Made by a program: the position numbers and the translations under genes
From: an uncultured Candidatus Saccharibacteria bacterium
GTDB lineage: Bacteria > Patescibacteriota > Saccharimonadia > Saccharimonadales > JAGQNJ01
NCBI GenBank assembly: GCA_964426755.1
Contig: CAYRRR010000002.1
Span: forward strand, 1,459 to 65,458
Reading direction: 5' to 3'
Length of the DNA stretch: 64,000 nt
Shown here: piece after piece, positions 48,071 to 57,241 of the stretch
Numbering within the stretch: the stretch's first letter is position 1
How the letters are laid out: the number at the start of each line of letters is the position of its first letter
Notes under the pieces: model-generated
Database searches by the model: none
What the model saw: only the letters and a program-made list of their open reading frames with translations
What the model was told of the DNA's origin: nothing

Positions 48071-48493
48071 ATGAATCCGAATGACAAAGATACGAATGAT
48101 ACCTTGCCAAATACAAACACGCCACCAGCCGAGCCAGTACCAAATACTAATAACTTGAATGAGCCGGCAGCAGCTGCTCCGGTTGTTGCTGAGGACAATC
48201 TTGTTGCGTCAGCCGAGCCAGCGTCTCCTTCTCCGATGTTAAATACCGAGGAAACTAATAATTCGGCTGCTCCAAGCGCGACAGACAACCTAAGTCCCAA
48301 TACACCTGCTGGGGCACAAAGTAATGACAGCGGTAATCCGACTACACCTGCGGGCTTGCCTGCGGCTCCTCTTGGCGGCAGTTCACTGCCTGCTGCGACA
48401 ACCGGGCCAAAGTCAAAAAAGATGCTTACAATTACGCTCGTTGTACTGGGCGTACTGGTGCTCTTGGTCGTTCTCGGAATGGTTTTAGCGTAA
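48071..48493 (+). CDS. Pro/Thr/Asn-rich disordered protein with C-terminal TM helix
   Basis: Low-complexity body, KSKK then ITLVVLGVLVLLVVLGMVLA; AGGAG SD. Confidence 0.7.
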   Translation: MNPNDKDTNDTLPNTNTPPAEPVPNTNNLNEPAAAAPVVAEDNLVASAEPASPSPMLNTEETNNSAAPSATDNLSPNTPAGAQSNDSGNPTTPAGLPAAPLGGSSLPAATTGPKSKKMLTITLVVLGVLVLLVVLGMVLA

Positions 48494-48535
48494 AACATTT
48501 AAACAAGTTTTTAGTTAATTGTTATAATCAGGCCT

Positions 48536-49615
48536 ATGTCTGATATAACGGATTCTCTTCATTCGCTACATCATGAGATTCATGATGCAACTATGCGGCT
48601 TGGGATTAAAGAGCTAAGAGGCCAACTTGCAAAACTAGAACGCTCAACCCAGGAGCCATCATTCTGGAATGATTCGATGGCTGCTCAAGCTACGATGAAG
48701 CAAATCGCAAATCTTAAAAGCCGTATTGAGCCTTGGCTGGCATTGCAGCAGTCAGTGAACGACCTGAAAGAGCTTGATAGTCTTAAGGACCAAAGCCTGA
48801 GTGACGAGATTGTTCAACAATTTAAGCAAATCTCAAATGAGTTTGCGGTCAGAAAAAAGGATTTGTTATTTTCAGGACCGTATGACGATCATGGTGTTAT
48901 TTTAAGCCTTCATGCGGGAGCGGGAGGAACAGACGCTCAAGATTGGGCGCAAATGCTGCTCCGCATGTATGTACGTTGGGTTGAATCTGAGGGCGGTAAG
49001 CCAATGCTTATTGAACAATCAGCTGGTGATGAAGCGGGTATAAAAAGTGCAACGCTTCAAATTGATATACCGCTGGCATATGGAAAGTTAAAAGGGGAGC
49101 ATGGAGTTCATCGCTTGGTGCGCCTGAGTCCATATAATGCCGATAACCTTCGACAAACAAGCTTTGCTAAAGTCGATATTTTACCAAAGATTGATCGTCC
49201 AGATGAAGTGCAGCTTGATGAAAAAGACCTTAAGGTCGATGTTTACCGAGCTGGCGGTCATGGTGGTCAGTCAGTCAATACAACCGATTCGGCAGTGCGA
49301 ATAACTCATATACCCACCGGAATTACGGTGAGTATTCAAAACGAGCGTTCGCAGCTACAGAATAAAGAGACAGCGTTGACTATTTTGCGTTCTCGGCTTG
49401 CGCAATTACAGTTAGAACAACACAAAGACCGTTTGAGTGAATTAAAGGGGCCAAATCAATCAGCGGAATGGGGCAATCAAATTCGCAGTTACGTACTCCA
49501 TCCATATAAGCAGGTAAAAGATCTTCGCACGCGTTATGAAGTGAGTGACCCTGAAGATGTATTAAATGGTAATCTTAACGGTTTTATTGAGGCGTATCTT
49601 GATCACACAATGTAA
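48536..49615 (+). CDS. prfB: Peptide chain release factor 2
   Basis: [46 protein letters not shown]; continuous frame. Confidence 0.97.
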   Translation: MSDITDSLHSLHHEIHDATMRLGIKELRGQLAKLERSTQEPSFWNDSMAAQATMKQIANLKSRIEPWLALQQSVNDLKELDSLKDQSLSDEIVQQFKQISNEFAVRKKDLLFSGPYDDHGVILSLHAGAGGTDAQDWAQMLLRMYVRWVESEGGKPMLIEQSAGDEAGIKSATLQIDIPLAYGKLKGEHGVHRLVRLSPYNADNLRQTSFAKVDILPKIDRPDEVQLDEKDLKVDVYRAGGHGGQSVNTTDSAVRITHIPTGITVSIQNERSQLQNKETALTILRSRLAQLQLEQHKDRLSELKGPNQSAEWGNQIRSYVLHPYKQVKDLRTRYEVSDPEDVLNGNLNGFIEAYLDHTM

Positions 49616-49665
49616 GCATCAAGAATGCTTCTAAAGCATTATCAATTTGTTATAATGGAAACTAC

Positions 49666-50346
49666 ATGATTTTGTTAGATAGGGTAAGTAAGATCTACGG
49701 TAAAACAAATATCGCGCTTGATCGGGTAAGTCTTCATGTCCAACCGAAGGAGTTTGTGATCATAGTTGGCCCAAGCGGGGCCGGTAAATCAACGTTTCTT
49801 AAGTTGCTTACGCGCGAAGAACGTCCTTCAAATGGCAAGATAATTGTGGGTGGCATTGATTACGATCATCTTAAGGATAAGAAGATTCCTTTGCTGCGGC
49901 GTAAAATTGGGGTAGTATTTCAGGACTTTAAACTTCTGCCAAATAAAAATGTGTTTGAGAACGTAGCCTTTGCGCTAGAAATTGTAGGAATGGGTAATAA
50001 AGAAATCCAATACACGGTACCGCGCGTATTAAATATTGTAGGCCTAACCGGAAAAGAAAAAAGCTATCCAAAAGAATTGTCTGGGGGTGAACGACAGCGG
50101 GTAGCCATTGCTCGCTCAATAGCTCGACAGCCGAAAATTTTGATTGCCGATGAGCCAACAGGAAACTTAGATCCTAAACATGCCTGGGATGTCATTAAGG
50201 TGCTTGAAAAAATTAACCGTTACGGCACCACGGTACTGTTAACAACACACAATCAAGAAATAGTGAACAAGTTGAAGCGCCGGGTCATTACTATTAAGGC
50301 CGGTAAAGTAGTGGGTGACCGAATTGGTGGGGAGTATAAAACTTGA
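49666..50346 (+). CDS. ftsE: Cell division ATP-binding protein FtsE
   Basis: GPSGAGKST, IGVVFQDFKLL, LSGGERQR, DEPTGNLD. Confidence 0.95.
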   Translation: MILLDRVSKIYGKTNIALDRVSLHVQPKEFVIIVGPSGAGKSTFLKLLTREERPSNGKIIVGGIDYDHLKDKKIPLLRRKIGVVFQDFKLLPNKNVFENVAFALEIVGMGNKEIQYTVPRVLNIVGLTGKEKSYPKELSGGERQRVAIARSIARQPKILIADEPTGNLDPKHAWDVIKVLEKINRYGTTVLLTTHNQEIVNKLKRRVITIKAGKVVGDRIGGEYKT

Positions 50347-51290
50347 TGCGCCGGAGATTAATTACGTTATCTCGAATTTTAAAAGGTGGTTTAACCAATT
50401 TGATTCGTAATGCTTGGCTGACCGTAGCAGCAATTGCGGTCATGGTAATCACTCTTACGATTGTATTATTCTCGGTAATTGCCAATGCTACCTTTGCAAA
50501 TACTATTCAACAGATAACCGACAAAATAGATATATCGGTATATCTATTAGATGGTACGTCAGAAGAAGACAAGGATATGATTATTGAAGATCTACAGAAG
50601 TTTAATAATGTTCGGGAGGTCGTATACTTAACAAAAGAGCAAGCACGCGATGAATTTATTGAAAATAATGAAGATGATATTGACTTAAGGCTGTCAATTG
50701 CTCAAGCCGGCGAAAATCCTATTCCAGCCACGATTCGAATTAAACCGGTTGATGTAAACAAGCTAGAAGAACTTAACCAAGATATCAACAAGCAGAACTG
50801 GAGTGAATTTATACTCGAGATTTCTTACCAAAAAGATCGCAAAACGGCTATTGATAACATAGCTAATGCCACCACCTTCTTTAGAAAAGCGGGGGTAGCA
50901 GGGGTGGCGGTCTTCGCCCTTATCTCAATGCTGATTATCTTTAATACGTTAAGAATGGCTATCTTTAATCGACGCGAAGAACTTAATATTATGCGCTTGC
51001 TTGGGGCCAGTACCTCATACATACGCGGACCGTTTGTTGTCGAAACAGTAATGTATGGTATTGTAGCAGCGATAATATCCGTTGCTTTATGTAATGCAAT
51101 ATTCGTTGTTTCGTCAACAGCCTTTGGCGCAAGCAGTCTCGGATTATTGGACCTAACATTTGCAAATGAATATTTCGCAAAAAACTTCTGGAAAATCTTG
51201 GCCATACAATTAACCATCGGTATACTAATCGGGGGCGTTTCTTCATTAATTGCCACACGCCGCTATCTAAAATTTAAGACGTCAAAATAA
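50346..51290 (+). CDS. ftsX: Cell division permease FtsX
   Basis: 4 TM, IIFNTLRMAIFNRREE..IMRLLGA...YIRGPF..E. Confidence 0.95.
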   Translation: MRRRLITLSRILKGGLTNLIRNAWLTVAAIAVMVITLTIVLFSVIANATFANTIQQITDKIDISVYLLDGTSEEDKDMIIEDLQKFNNVREVVYLTKEQARDEFIENNEDDIDLRLSIAQAGENPIPATIRIKPVDVNKLEELNQDINKQNWSEFILEISYQKDRKTAIDNIANATTFFRKAGVAGVAVFALISMLIIFNTLRMAIFNRREELNIMRLLGASTSYIRGPFVVETVMYGIVAAIISVALCNAIFVVSSTAFGASSLGLLDLTFANEYFAKNFWKILAIQLTIGILIGGVSSLIATRRYLKFKTSK

Positions 51291-51298
51291 CGTTTCGG

Positions 51299-51336
51299 CC
51301 TTAAAAAGCTCCTCGCACTGACGGAGCTTTTTAAGG
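51299..51336. terminator. Bidirectional-type intrinsic terminator after ftsX
   Basis: Perfect 14-bp stem ccttaaaaagctcc / ggagctttttaagg. Confidence 0.8.
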
Positions 51337-51408
51337 GTCAGAGACACTTTACGCATATTGGAGGGCCATGATACAATGCTAACGGTTACATCACTAAAAC
51401 AAACAATT

Positions 51409-52533
51409 ATGACTAAAATAAAATTGCTAACTAACAACGTTATTAAAACATCCAAAATAGGCTTGCTTGGGTTGGGTGCGTTGATTTTAATCGGCGGTTC
51501 GTTTGCTAGCATTAATATGGTACGAGCTCAGTCTTTACAAGATCAAATTAATGAATTAAAAAATCAAAATGCTCAAAATCGCAGTGCGGTCGAGAAATTA
51601 CGACAAATTGCAACAAGCTATCATAACGCGATAGAGGTACTTGAGCACGATATTGAGGAGACCGAGAAGGCGATCCAGGTTAGTACACAGCGCCAAGCAG
51701 AGCTTGAAAAGGCTATAGCTGAAGCCGAAGCCGAACTTGCACGTCAACAAAACCTCCTTGGTAAGAATATCCGAGCCATGTACGTAGAGGGTGATGTATC
51801 CACTTTAGTGATGCTAGCATCTAGTAAAGACCTCAGCGAATTCGTTGATAAACAACAATACCGTAACTCTGTTAAAAATAAAATCGTCTCAACCCTTACA
51901 AAGATTAATGAACTGAAGCATCAGCTAAAAACTCAAAAAGAACAAGTAGAAACAGAAATTAAAGAACAAAATAATAGTCGCGCACAGCTGGCCGCAGCAC
52001 GGAGTGAACAGGCAAGACTACTCTCAATGAACCAATCAGAGCAAGCAGAGTTTAATGCAAAAACGAAAGCTAACGAAGCTAAAATTCATGAATTGCAAGC
52101 CGCACAACGTGCTTTAGCGCGCAGTATTGCGTCAGGGAACTTTGTCAGTCAAGGGCCTGTTAAGCAGGGCGATACCATAGGGCGAGTTGGCAATACAGGC
52201 TTTTCGACTGGCGCTCATCTGCATTTTGAAGCCATAACTAGTGGCGGACAAGACGTTAATCCTAATAATTATATCGGTAACGGATGGATTCGTCCGGTTG
52301 AGGGTGGGTTTGTCTCGCAGGGCTATGGTGTTGCTAATAGTTGGTACGTAAAGGGGTATCATACCGGTATCGACTATGCCGGTGTTACTGGAAGGCCGGT
52401 TTTAGCTGCAGCAGATGGTGAAATTGTATGGCGCGGCTGCAAGGGTTCATGTAACGCAAGCTACGGTTACTATGTACTAATACGACATAATGATGGTATG
52501 TTTAGTCTATACGCACATATGCAAATACCTTGA
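51409..52533 (+). CDS. PcsB/CwlO-like coiled-coil PG hydrolase with circularly permuted M23 peptidase
   Basis: Signal peptide, long coiled coil with IRAMYVEG..S..LSEFVDK, GNTGFSTGAHLHFE preceding HTGID..YAH. Confidence 0.88.
   Translation: MTKIKLLTNNVIKTSKIGLLGLGALILIGGSFASINMVRAQSLQDQINELKNQNAQNRSAVEKLRQIATSYHNAIEVLEHDIEETEKAIQVSTQRQAELEKAIAEAEAELARQQNLLGKNIRAMYVEGDVSTLVMLASSKDLSEFVDKQQYRNSVKNKIVSTLTKINELKHQLKTQKEQVETEIKEQNNSRAQLAAARSEQARLLSMNQSEQAEFNAKTKANEAKIHELQAAQRALARSIASGNFVSQGPVKQGDTIGRVGNTGFSTGAHLHFEAITSGGQDVNPNNYIGNGWIRPVEGGFVSQGYGVANSWYVKGYHTGIDYAGVTGRPVLAAADGEIVWRGCKGSCNASYGYYVLIRHNDGMFSLYAHMQIP
51724..51927 (+). repeat. 204-bp perfect direct repeat, copy 1
   Basis: Identical by manual comparison to 52863-53066. 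Confidence 0.95.
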
Positions 52534-52544
52534 GGTAACAGACC

Positions 52545-53699
52545 ATGAAACAAATAAAGTTGTTCGCTCACAAAGAATATAAGCACTTCAGGCGAGCTCT
52601 TTGTTTCATTGCCGTATTATTAATGGTATGCACCAGTGGAGTTCCCGGATTGCAAAATGTGCGCGCTCAATCAATTCAAGACCAAATCCGAGCACTAGAG
52701 CGCGAGAATCAGCAAAATAGAAGTATTGTGCAGCGCTTAAGAGAAGAAGCAACCAGCTACGAAGACGCCATTAAGCGTTTGCAGGCAGAGATCGATACAC
52801 TCCAGGGGCAAATTGATATCAATATATCTGAGCAAGAACGGTTAAAGAAAGAAATAGAACTTGCCGAAGCCGAACTTGCACGTCAACAAAACCTCCTTGG
52901 TAAGAATATCCGAGCCATGTACGTAGAGGGTGATGTATCCACTTTAGTGATGCTAGCATCTAGTAAAGACCTCAGCGAATTCGTTGATAAACAACAATAC
53001 CGTAACTCTGTTAAAAATAAAATCGTCTCAACCCTTACAAAGATTAATGAACTGAAGCATCAGCTACGTGGACAGAAAGAGCAGATTGATAAGTTACTTA
53101 AGCAGCAAGTTGATCAACAAGCACAGCTTGCTAGCAGCCGATCTGAGCAACGAAATTTGCTATCGTTCAATCGAACACAGCAAGCTGAATTTAACGAAAA
53201 AACTAAACATAATCAAAACCGTATCGCTGAGCTGATAGCTGCTCAGCGGCGTGCGAATGATTCGGCATCGGGCATGCAATTTATACGTGTGCCAGGAGCT
53301 GTACGGACTCATGATAGTAACATTGACGATTATCCATACAAACACTATGGACATAGTCAAATTGATGAGCCATGTCCCGGTCCGCCACGAACGGCAGACT
53401 CAACTGACAGATGGGGTTACTGTACGCGCCAATGCGTCTCGTATGTTGCCTGGGCGATTGAGCGATCCGGTAGGGCTGCTCCACGAGGTTGGGGAGATGC
53501 CAAGAACTGGGTATGGATGGCTCCATCAAGCTGGATTGTATCGCATCCTGCTCCGGGAGATATCGCAGTTATAACGGCTGGAACATGGGGCCATGTTATG
53601 TATGTAGAGCGAGTCGAAGGAAGTAAAATTCTTGTTTCTGAATATAATCAGCGACTTGATGGCCGTTATCGAAACGATCGTTGGCTATCAATTAGATAG
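52545..53699 (+). CDS. PcsB-like coiled-coil PG hydrolase with CHAP domain
   Basis: Signal peptide, coiled coil, QCVSYV, WGDAKNW, PGDIAV, WGHVMYVE, SEYN. Confidence 0.9.
   Translation: MKQIKLFAHKEYKHFRRALCFIAVLLMVCTSGVPGLQNVRAQSIQDQIRALERENQQNRSIVQRLREEATSYEDAIKRLQAEIDTLQGQIDINISEQERLKKEIELAEAELARQQNLLGKNIRAMYVEGDVSTLVMLASSKDLSEFVDKQQYRNSVKNKIVSTLTKINELKHQLRGQKEQIDKLLKQQVDQQAQLASSRSEQRNLLSFNRTQQAEFNEKTKHNQNRIAELIAAQRRANDSASGMQFIRVPGAVRTHDSNIDDYPYKHYGHSQIDEPCPGPPRTADSTDRWGYCTRQCVSYVAWAIERSGRAAPRGWGDAKNWVWMAPSSWIVSHPAPGDIAVITAGTWGHVMYVERVEGSKILVSEYNQRLDGRYRNDRWLSIR
52863..53066 (+). repeat. 204-bp perfect direct repeat, copy 2
   Basis: Identical by manual comparison to 51724-51927. Confidence 0.95.
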
Positions 53700-53764
53700 T
53701 TATTACTAGTCTTGATGCCAAGACTTAGCTATACTTATTGCATATGGTAGGGGCAATATAACGA

Positions 53765-54964
53765 ATGGCGCCAAACAACCGGCTGCCAGCCAAAAAGCAC
53801 AAACTTCTAAAACTGAGCGTAATAGTTGCGGCATTTAGCTTGGTTTTTTTAACAGGTTTCGGTGTTGGTAGTGGTCAAATATCGTTCAGCGGCAATCAAT
53901 CGCATCAGACTGCGAAGCTGCCACCCAACTTAAATTATGGTTCAGTTGAGAAAATTTATGACCTTTTGCGCAAGCAATATGACGGCACACTGGAGGAAGG
54001 GGCGCTACTTGATGGATTAAAGCGTGGCATGGTTCAAGCAGCCGGTGATCCATATACGGAATACTTGTCGGCAGAGCAGGCCCGGGATTTTGATGAAGAG
54101 CTAAATGGTTCATTTAGTGGCATTGGCGCTGAACTAGGCAAAGAAGGGGATAGCATTGTTATTGTTGCTCCAATTGCTAATTTTCCGGCTCAAAAGGCAG
54201 GCTTGAAGGCTCGTGATGTCATAGTAGAAATTAACGGTGAGTCAGCCTATGGTCTTAGTATTAGCGAGGCAGTTCAGAAGATTAGGGGTCCACAAGATAC
54301 ACAGGTGAATCTAAAGGTTCTTCGCAATGAAAGCGAGCCGCTAGAGTTCACAATCACACGACAGCAAATTACAGTGCCAAGTGTGGAGTCAAAAAAACTG
54401 GAGGGTAACATCGGCTATATAAAAATTAGTCGTTTTTCAGATGATACAGCTTCACTTGCACGAGAAGCAGCCAACAGTTTAAAGGCAACAAAAATAAATG
54501 CGGTCATTCTTGATTTACGCGGTAATCCGGGTGGGCTACTTGATTCAGCAGTGGATATTTCAAGTTTATGGTTGCCCTCATCGCAAAAAGTACTTGAGGA
54601 AAAACGAGATAACGTCGTGATAAAAACATACTACGCAAATGGCAGTCCGGTATTGCAAGGTGTACCTACTATTGTGATGATTGATGGTGGTAGTGCGAGC
54701 GCCAGCGAGATTGTTGCCGGTGCCCTAAAGGATAATAATGCTGCGACGTTGCTTGGAGATACTTCATATGGCAAGGGTAGTGTACAATCTATAGAACGTC
54801 TGTCCGATGGGTCTGCGCTCAAAGTCACGATTGCACGATGGTTTACCCCAGGCGGACGTAATATTGATAAAGAAGGTATAGAACCAGACCAAAAAATTGA
54901 ACAAACAAATAGTTCAATAGAAGATAAACAGCTTGATGCAGCAATACGTGCACTACAAAAGTAA
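53765..54964 (+). CDS. S41 C-terminal processing protease (CtpA-like)
   Basis: DPYTEY, GIGA PDZ, DLRGNPGG, SASASEI, YGKG. Confidence 0.94.
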   Translation: MAPNNRLPAKKHKLLKLSVIVAAFSLVFLTGFGVGSGQISFSGNQSHQTAKLPPNLNYGSVEKIYDLLRKQYDGTLEEGALLDGLKRGMVQAAGDPYTEYLSAEQARDFDEELNGSFSGIGAELGKEGDSIVIVAPIANFPAQKAGLKARDVIVEINGESAYGLSISEAVQKIRGPQDTQVNLKVLRNESEPLEFTITRQQITVPSVESKKLEGNIGYIKISRFSDDTASLAREAANSLKATKINAVILDLRGNPGGLLDSAVDISSLWLPSSQKVLEEKRDNVVIKTYYANGSPVLQGVPTIVMIDGGSASASEIVAGALKDNNAATLLGDTSYGKGSVQSIERLSDGSALKVTIARWFTPGGRNIDKEGIEPDQKIEQTNSSIEDKQLDAAIRALQK

Positions 54965-55029
54965 ATCTTTAAGCGTTATCAGGAATATGGTACTATCATT
55001 GTCGTATATAAGTTTATGGGAGAAAAGAC

Positions 55030-56640
55030 GTGGCGCTGAATAAACAGCGGACTAAGTATATTTTTGTAACGGGGGGTGTGCTTTCTGGTCTTGGCAAGGG
55101 TATTTCAGCCGCTTCAATCGGACACCTCTTAAAAGCACGAGGGCTTAACGTCAACATCCAAAAATGTGACCCATATCTTAATGTTGATGCTGGCCTATTG
55201 AATCCTCGTGAACATGGTGAGTGCTTTGTGACGCACGACGGTGCCGAGACTGATCTCGATCTTGGTCACTATGAACGCTTTCTTGATCAAGAGTTAAGTA
55301 GCTCCAGCTCGTTAATGAGCGGTCGCGTATTGCTAAAGGTAATTCAGGATGAACGCGCAGGTAAATATGAAGGTGATGACGTACAGATAATTCCGCACTT
55401 TACGTCAGCTATTCAGCGATTTATTACCGATGCAGCACAAGGATATGATGTACATATTGTTGAAATTGGCGGAACCGTAGGTGATTACGAGTCGCTTAGC
55501 TTCATTGAGGCAATTCGTGAGCTTGGAATTAGTGTTGGGCTTGAGAACTGCTTATATGTCCACGTAGTGTACCTTCCGTTTTTAGGGGCAAGCCAAGAAA
55601 CTAAAACCAAGCCTGCTCAGAACTCAGTTCGAGAATTGCGCGGTTTGGGTATTAGTCCGGATATCTTAGTCGCACGGAGCGAACGTCCGGCAAACCCTAA
55701 CGTAAAAAATAAACTTAGCTTGTATTCTGGCGTACCCAAAGAAGCTATCGCTTTGCTACCCAATGCCTCAAGTATTTACCAGGTTCCGCTAACGCTTGAG
55801 GATACTGGCATTGCAGATGTTATTGCTAAAAAACTTGACCTAAAAGCAAAAAAGCCCGACCTAAAACAATGGCGCCAAGTCGTCAAGCGTGCTACCACTA
55901 ACCATAAGCGTAAACTGACAATAGGTCTGATTGCAAAATATATGGACAATACCGATACCTATATTTCAGTTTTTGAAGCTCTGCGAGCCGCCGCTTGGCT
56001 AAATGATTATAATCTTAAAATAAAATGGATCGATGCTGAAAAGTTAAAGAAAACACGCGATATTGAACGCGCACTTAAAGATGTTTGCGGCATCGTGGTG
56101 CCAGGTGGGTTCGGAACGCGCGGGCTTGAGGGTAAGATTCTAACTGCCCAATACGCGCTTAAAAACAAAATTCCCTACTTAGGTCTCTGTTTGGGAATGC
56201 AAATGGCCGTTATTGCTGCGGCTCGTAATGCTGGACATAAAAAGGCGACAACAATAGAGCTTGATCCAACAGGCGACATGCGCGTCATTGATATTATGGG
56301 TGATCAGGTAGGTAAAGAAAGCACTGGTGGCACCATGCGTCTCGGTGATTACCCCTGTAAGCTTGAAAAGGGTAGCTTGGCCGCAAAACTATATAAGACA
56401 GAAGTCATCACAGAGCGCCATCGCCATCGTTGTGAGGCCAATAACGCGTTTCGTGATAAATACCAAACATGGGGTATTAAAGCAGCGGGCACCTCTCCCG
56501 ATGGTTCGTTGGTGGAAATAATTGAAGCGACAGACCATCCATTTTTTATAGCTAGTCAATTTCACCCAGAATTTAAATCTCGTCCCCACAAAGCGCATCC
56601 GCTGTTCAGCGGCTTTATGCAAGCCTGTGCTAAGCGTTAA
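55030..56640 (+). CDS. pyrG: CTP synthase
   Basis: YIFVTGGV.SGLGKG, DPYLNVD, TKTKP.Q, GLCLGMQ, QFHPEF. Confidence 0.98.
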   Translation: MALNKQRTKYIFVTGGVLSGLGKGISAASIGHLLKARGLNVNIQKCDPYLNVDAGLLNPREHGECFVTHDGAETDLDLGHYERFLDQELSSSSSLMSGRVLLKVIQDERAGKYEGDDVQIIPHFTSAIQRFITDAAQGYDVHIVEIGGTVGDYESLSFIEAIRELGISVGLENCLYVHVVYLPFLGASQETKTKPAQNSVRELRGLGISPDILVARSERPANPNVKNKLSLYSGVPKEAIALLPNASSIYQVPLTLEDTGIADVIAKKLDLKAKKPDLKQWRQVVKRATTNHKRKLTIGLIAKYMDNTDTYISVFEALRAAAWLNDYNLKIKWIDAEKLKKTRDIERALKDVCGIVVPGGFGTRGLEGKILTAQYALKNKIPYLGLCLGMQMAVIAAARNAGHKKATTIELDPTGDMRVIDIMGDQVGKESTGGTMRLGDYPCKLEKGSLAAKLYKTEVITERHRHRCEANNAFRDKYQTWGIKAAGTSPDGSLVEIIEATDHPFFIASQFHPEFKSRPHKAHPLFSGFMQACAKR

Positions 56641-56680
56641 AGTATTGCGGTGTCAGATAAAGTAGGGTAGCATAAGTAAC

Positions 56681-57079
56681 ATGAATGTAAACGCAAACAA
56701 TCACACAAAAAAAATTCTTTTAGTTGAAGATGACGACAGCCTAGCAAATGTCTATCTTGCTCGCTTAGAGGTTGAAGGTTTTCAAGTAAGACGAGTACCA
56801 AACGGAGAAGACGCGCTTGCGGCCGCAGTAGAGTTTAAACCAGACCTTGTACTGCTGGATGTTATGATGCCAAAAGTCAGCGGATTTGATGTGCTTGATA
56901 TTTTACGAAACACACCAGAAACCGCCAATCTTAAAATTGTGATGCTAACAGCGTTGAGCCAGGCTAACGACAAATCAAAAGCCGATCAGTTAGGTGCCGA
57001 CGATTATCTTGTAAAGTCGCAAGTAGTGATTGCCGATGTTATTGAGCGCATCAAGCATCATCTTGGCGTCCACGACTAG
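56681..57079 (+). CDS. Single-domain response regulator (receiver only)
   Basis: ILLVEDD, LLDVMMP, MLT, GADDYLVK. Confidence 0.93.
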   Translation: MNVNANNHTKKILLVEDDDSLANVYLARLEVEGFQVRRVPNGEDALAAAVEFKPDLVLLDVMMPKVSGFDVLDILRNTPETANLKIVMLTALSQANDKSKADQLGADDYLVKSQVVIADVIERIKHHLGVHD

Positions 57080-57176
57080 ATCATTCGTATATATCAAGCT
57101 GTTTCGTACTGCTCCTTGTAATTGGTGGTGTCTTTCTTTTGTTGATTCAAGCGGCTTCAACGGGGCTAATTAGACA

Positions 57177-57205
57177 TTGACAATAACAACAAAGTATGAT
57201 AATAT
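57177..57205 (+). promoter_or_regulatory. Strong sigma70-type promoter of the FHA-PP2C gene
   Basis: TTGACA-17-TAATAT with extended -10 TG. Confidence 0.7.
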
Positions 57206-57241
57206 ACTAATTGTTACTAAATTAGATACTTTAGTTTTTCT

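Noticed and set aside
48055-48498. 147-aa minus-strand ORF
   Set aside because: Shadow of the + strand low-complexity gene, which has an SD and a sensible TM topology.
54985-55029. pyrG reiterative-transcription attenuator
   Set aside because: No GGGC initial sequence and no terminator hairpin in the short leader.
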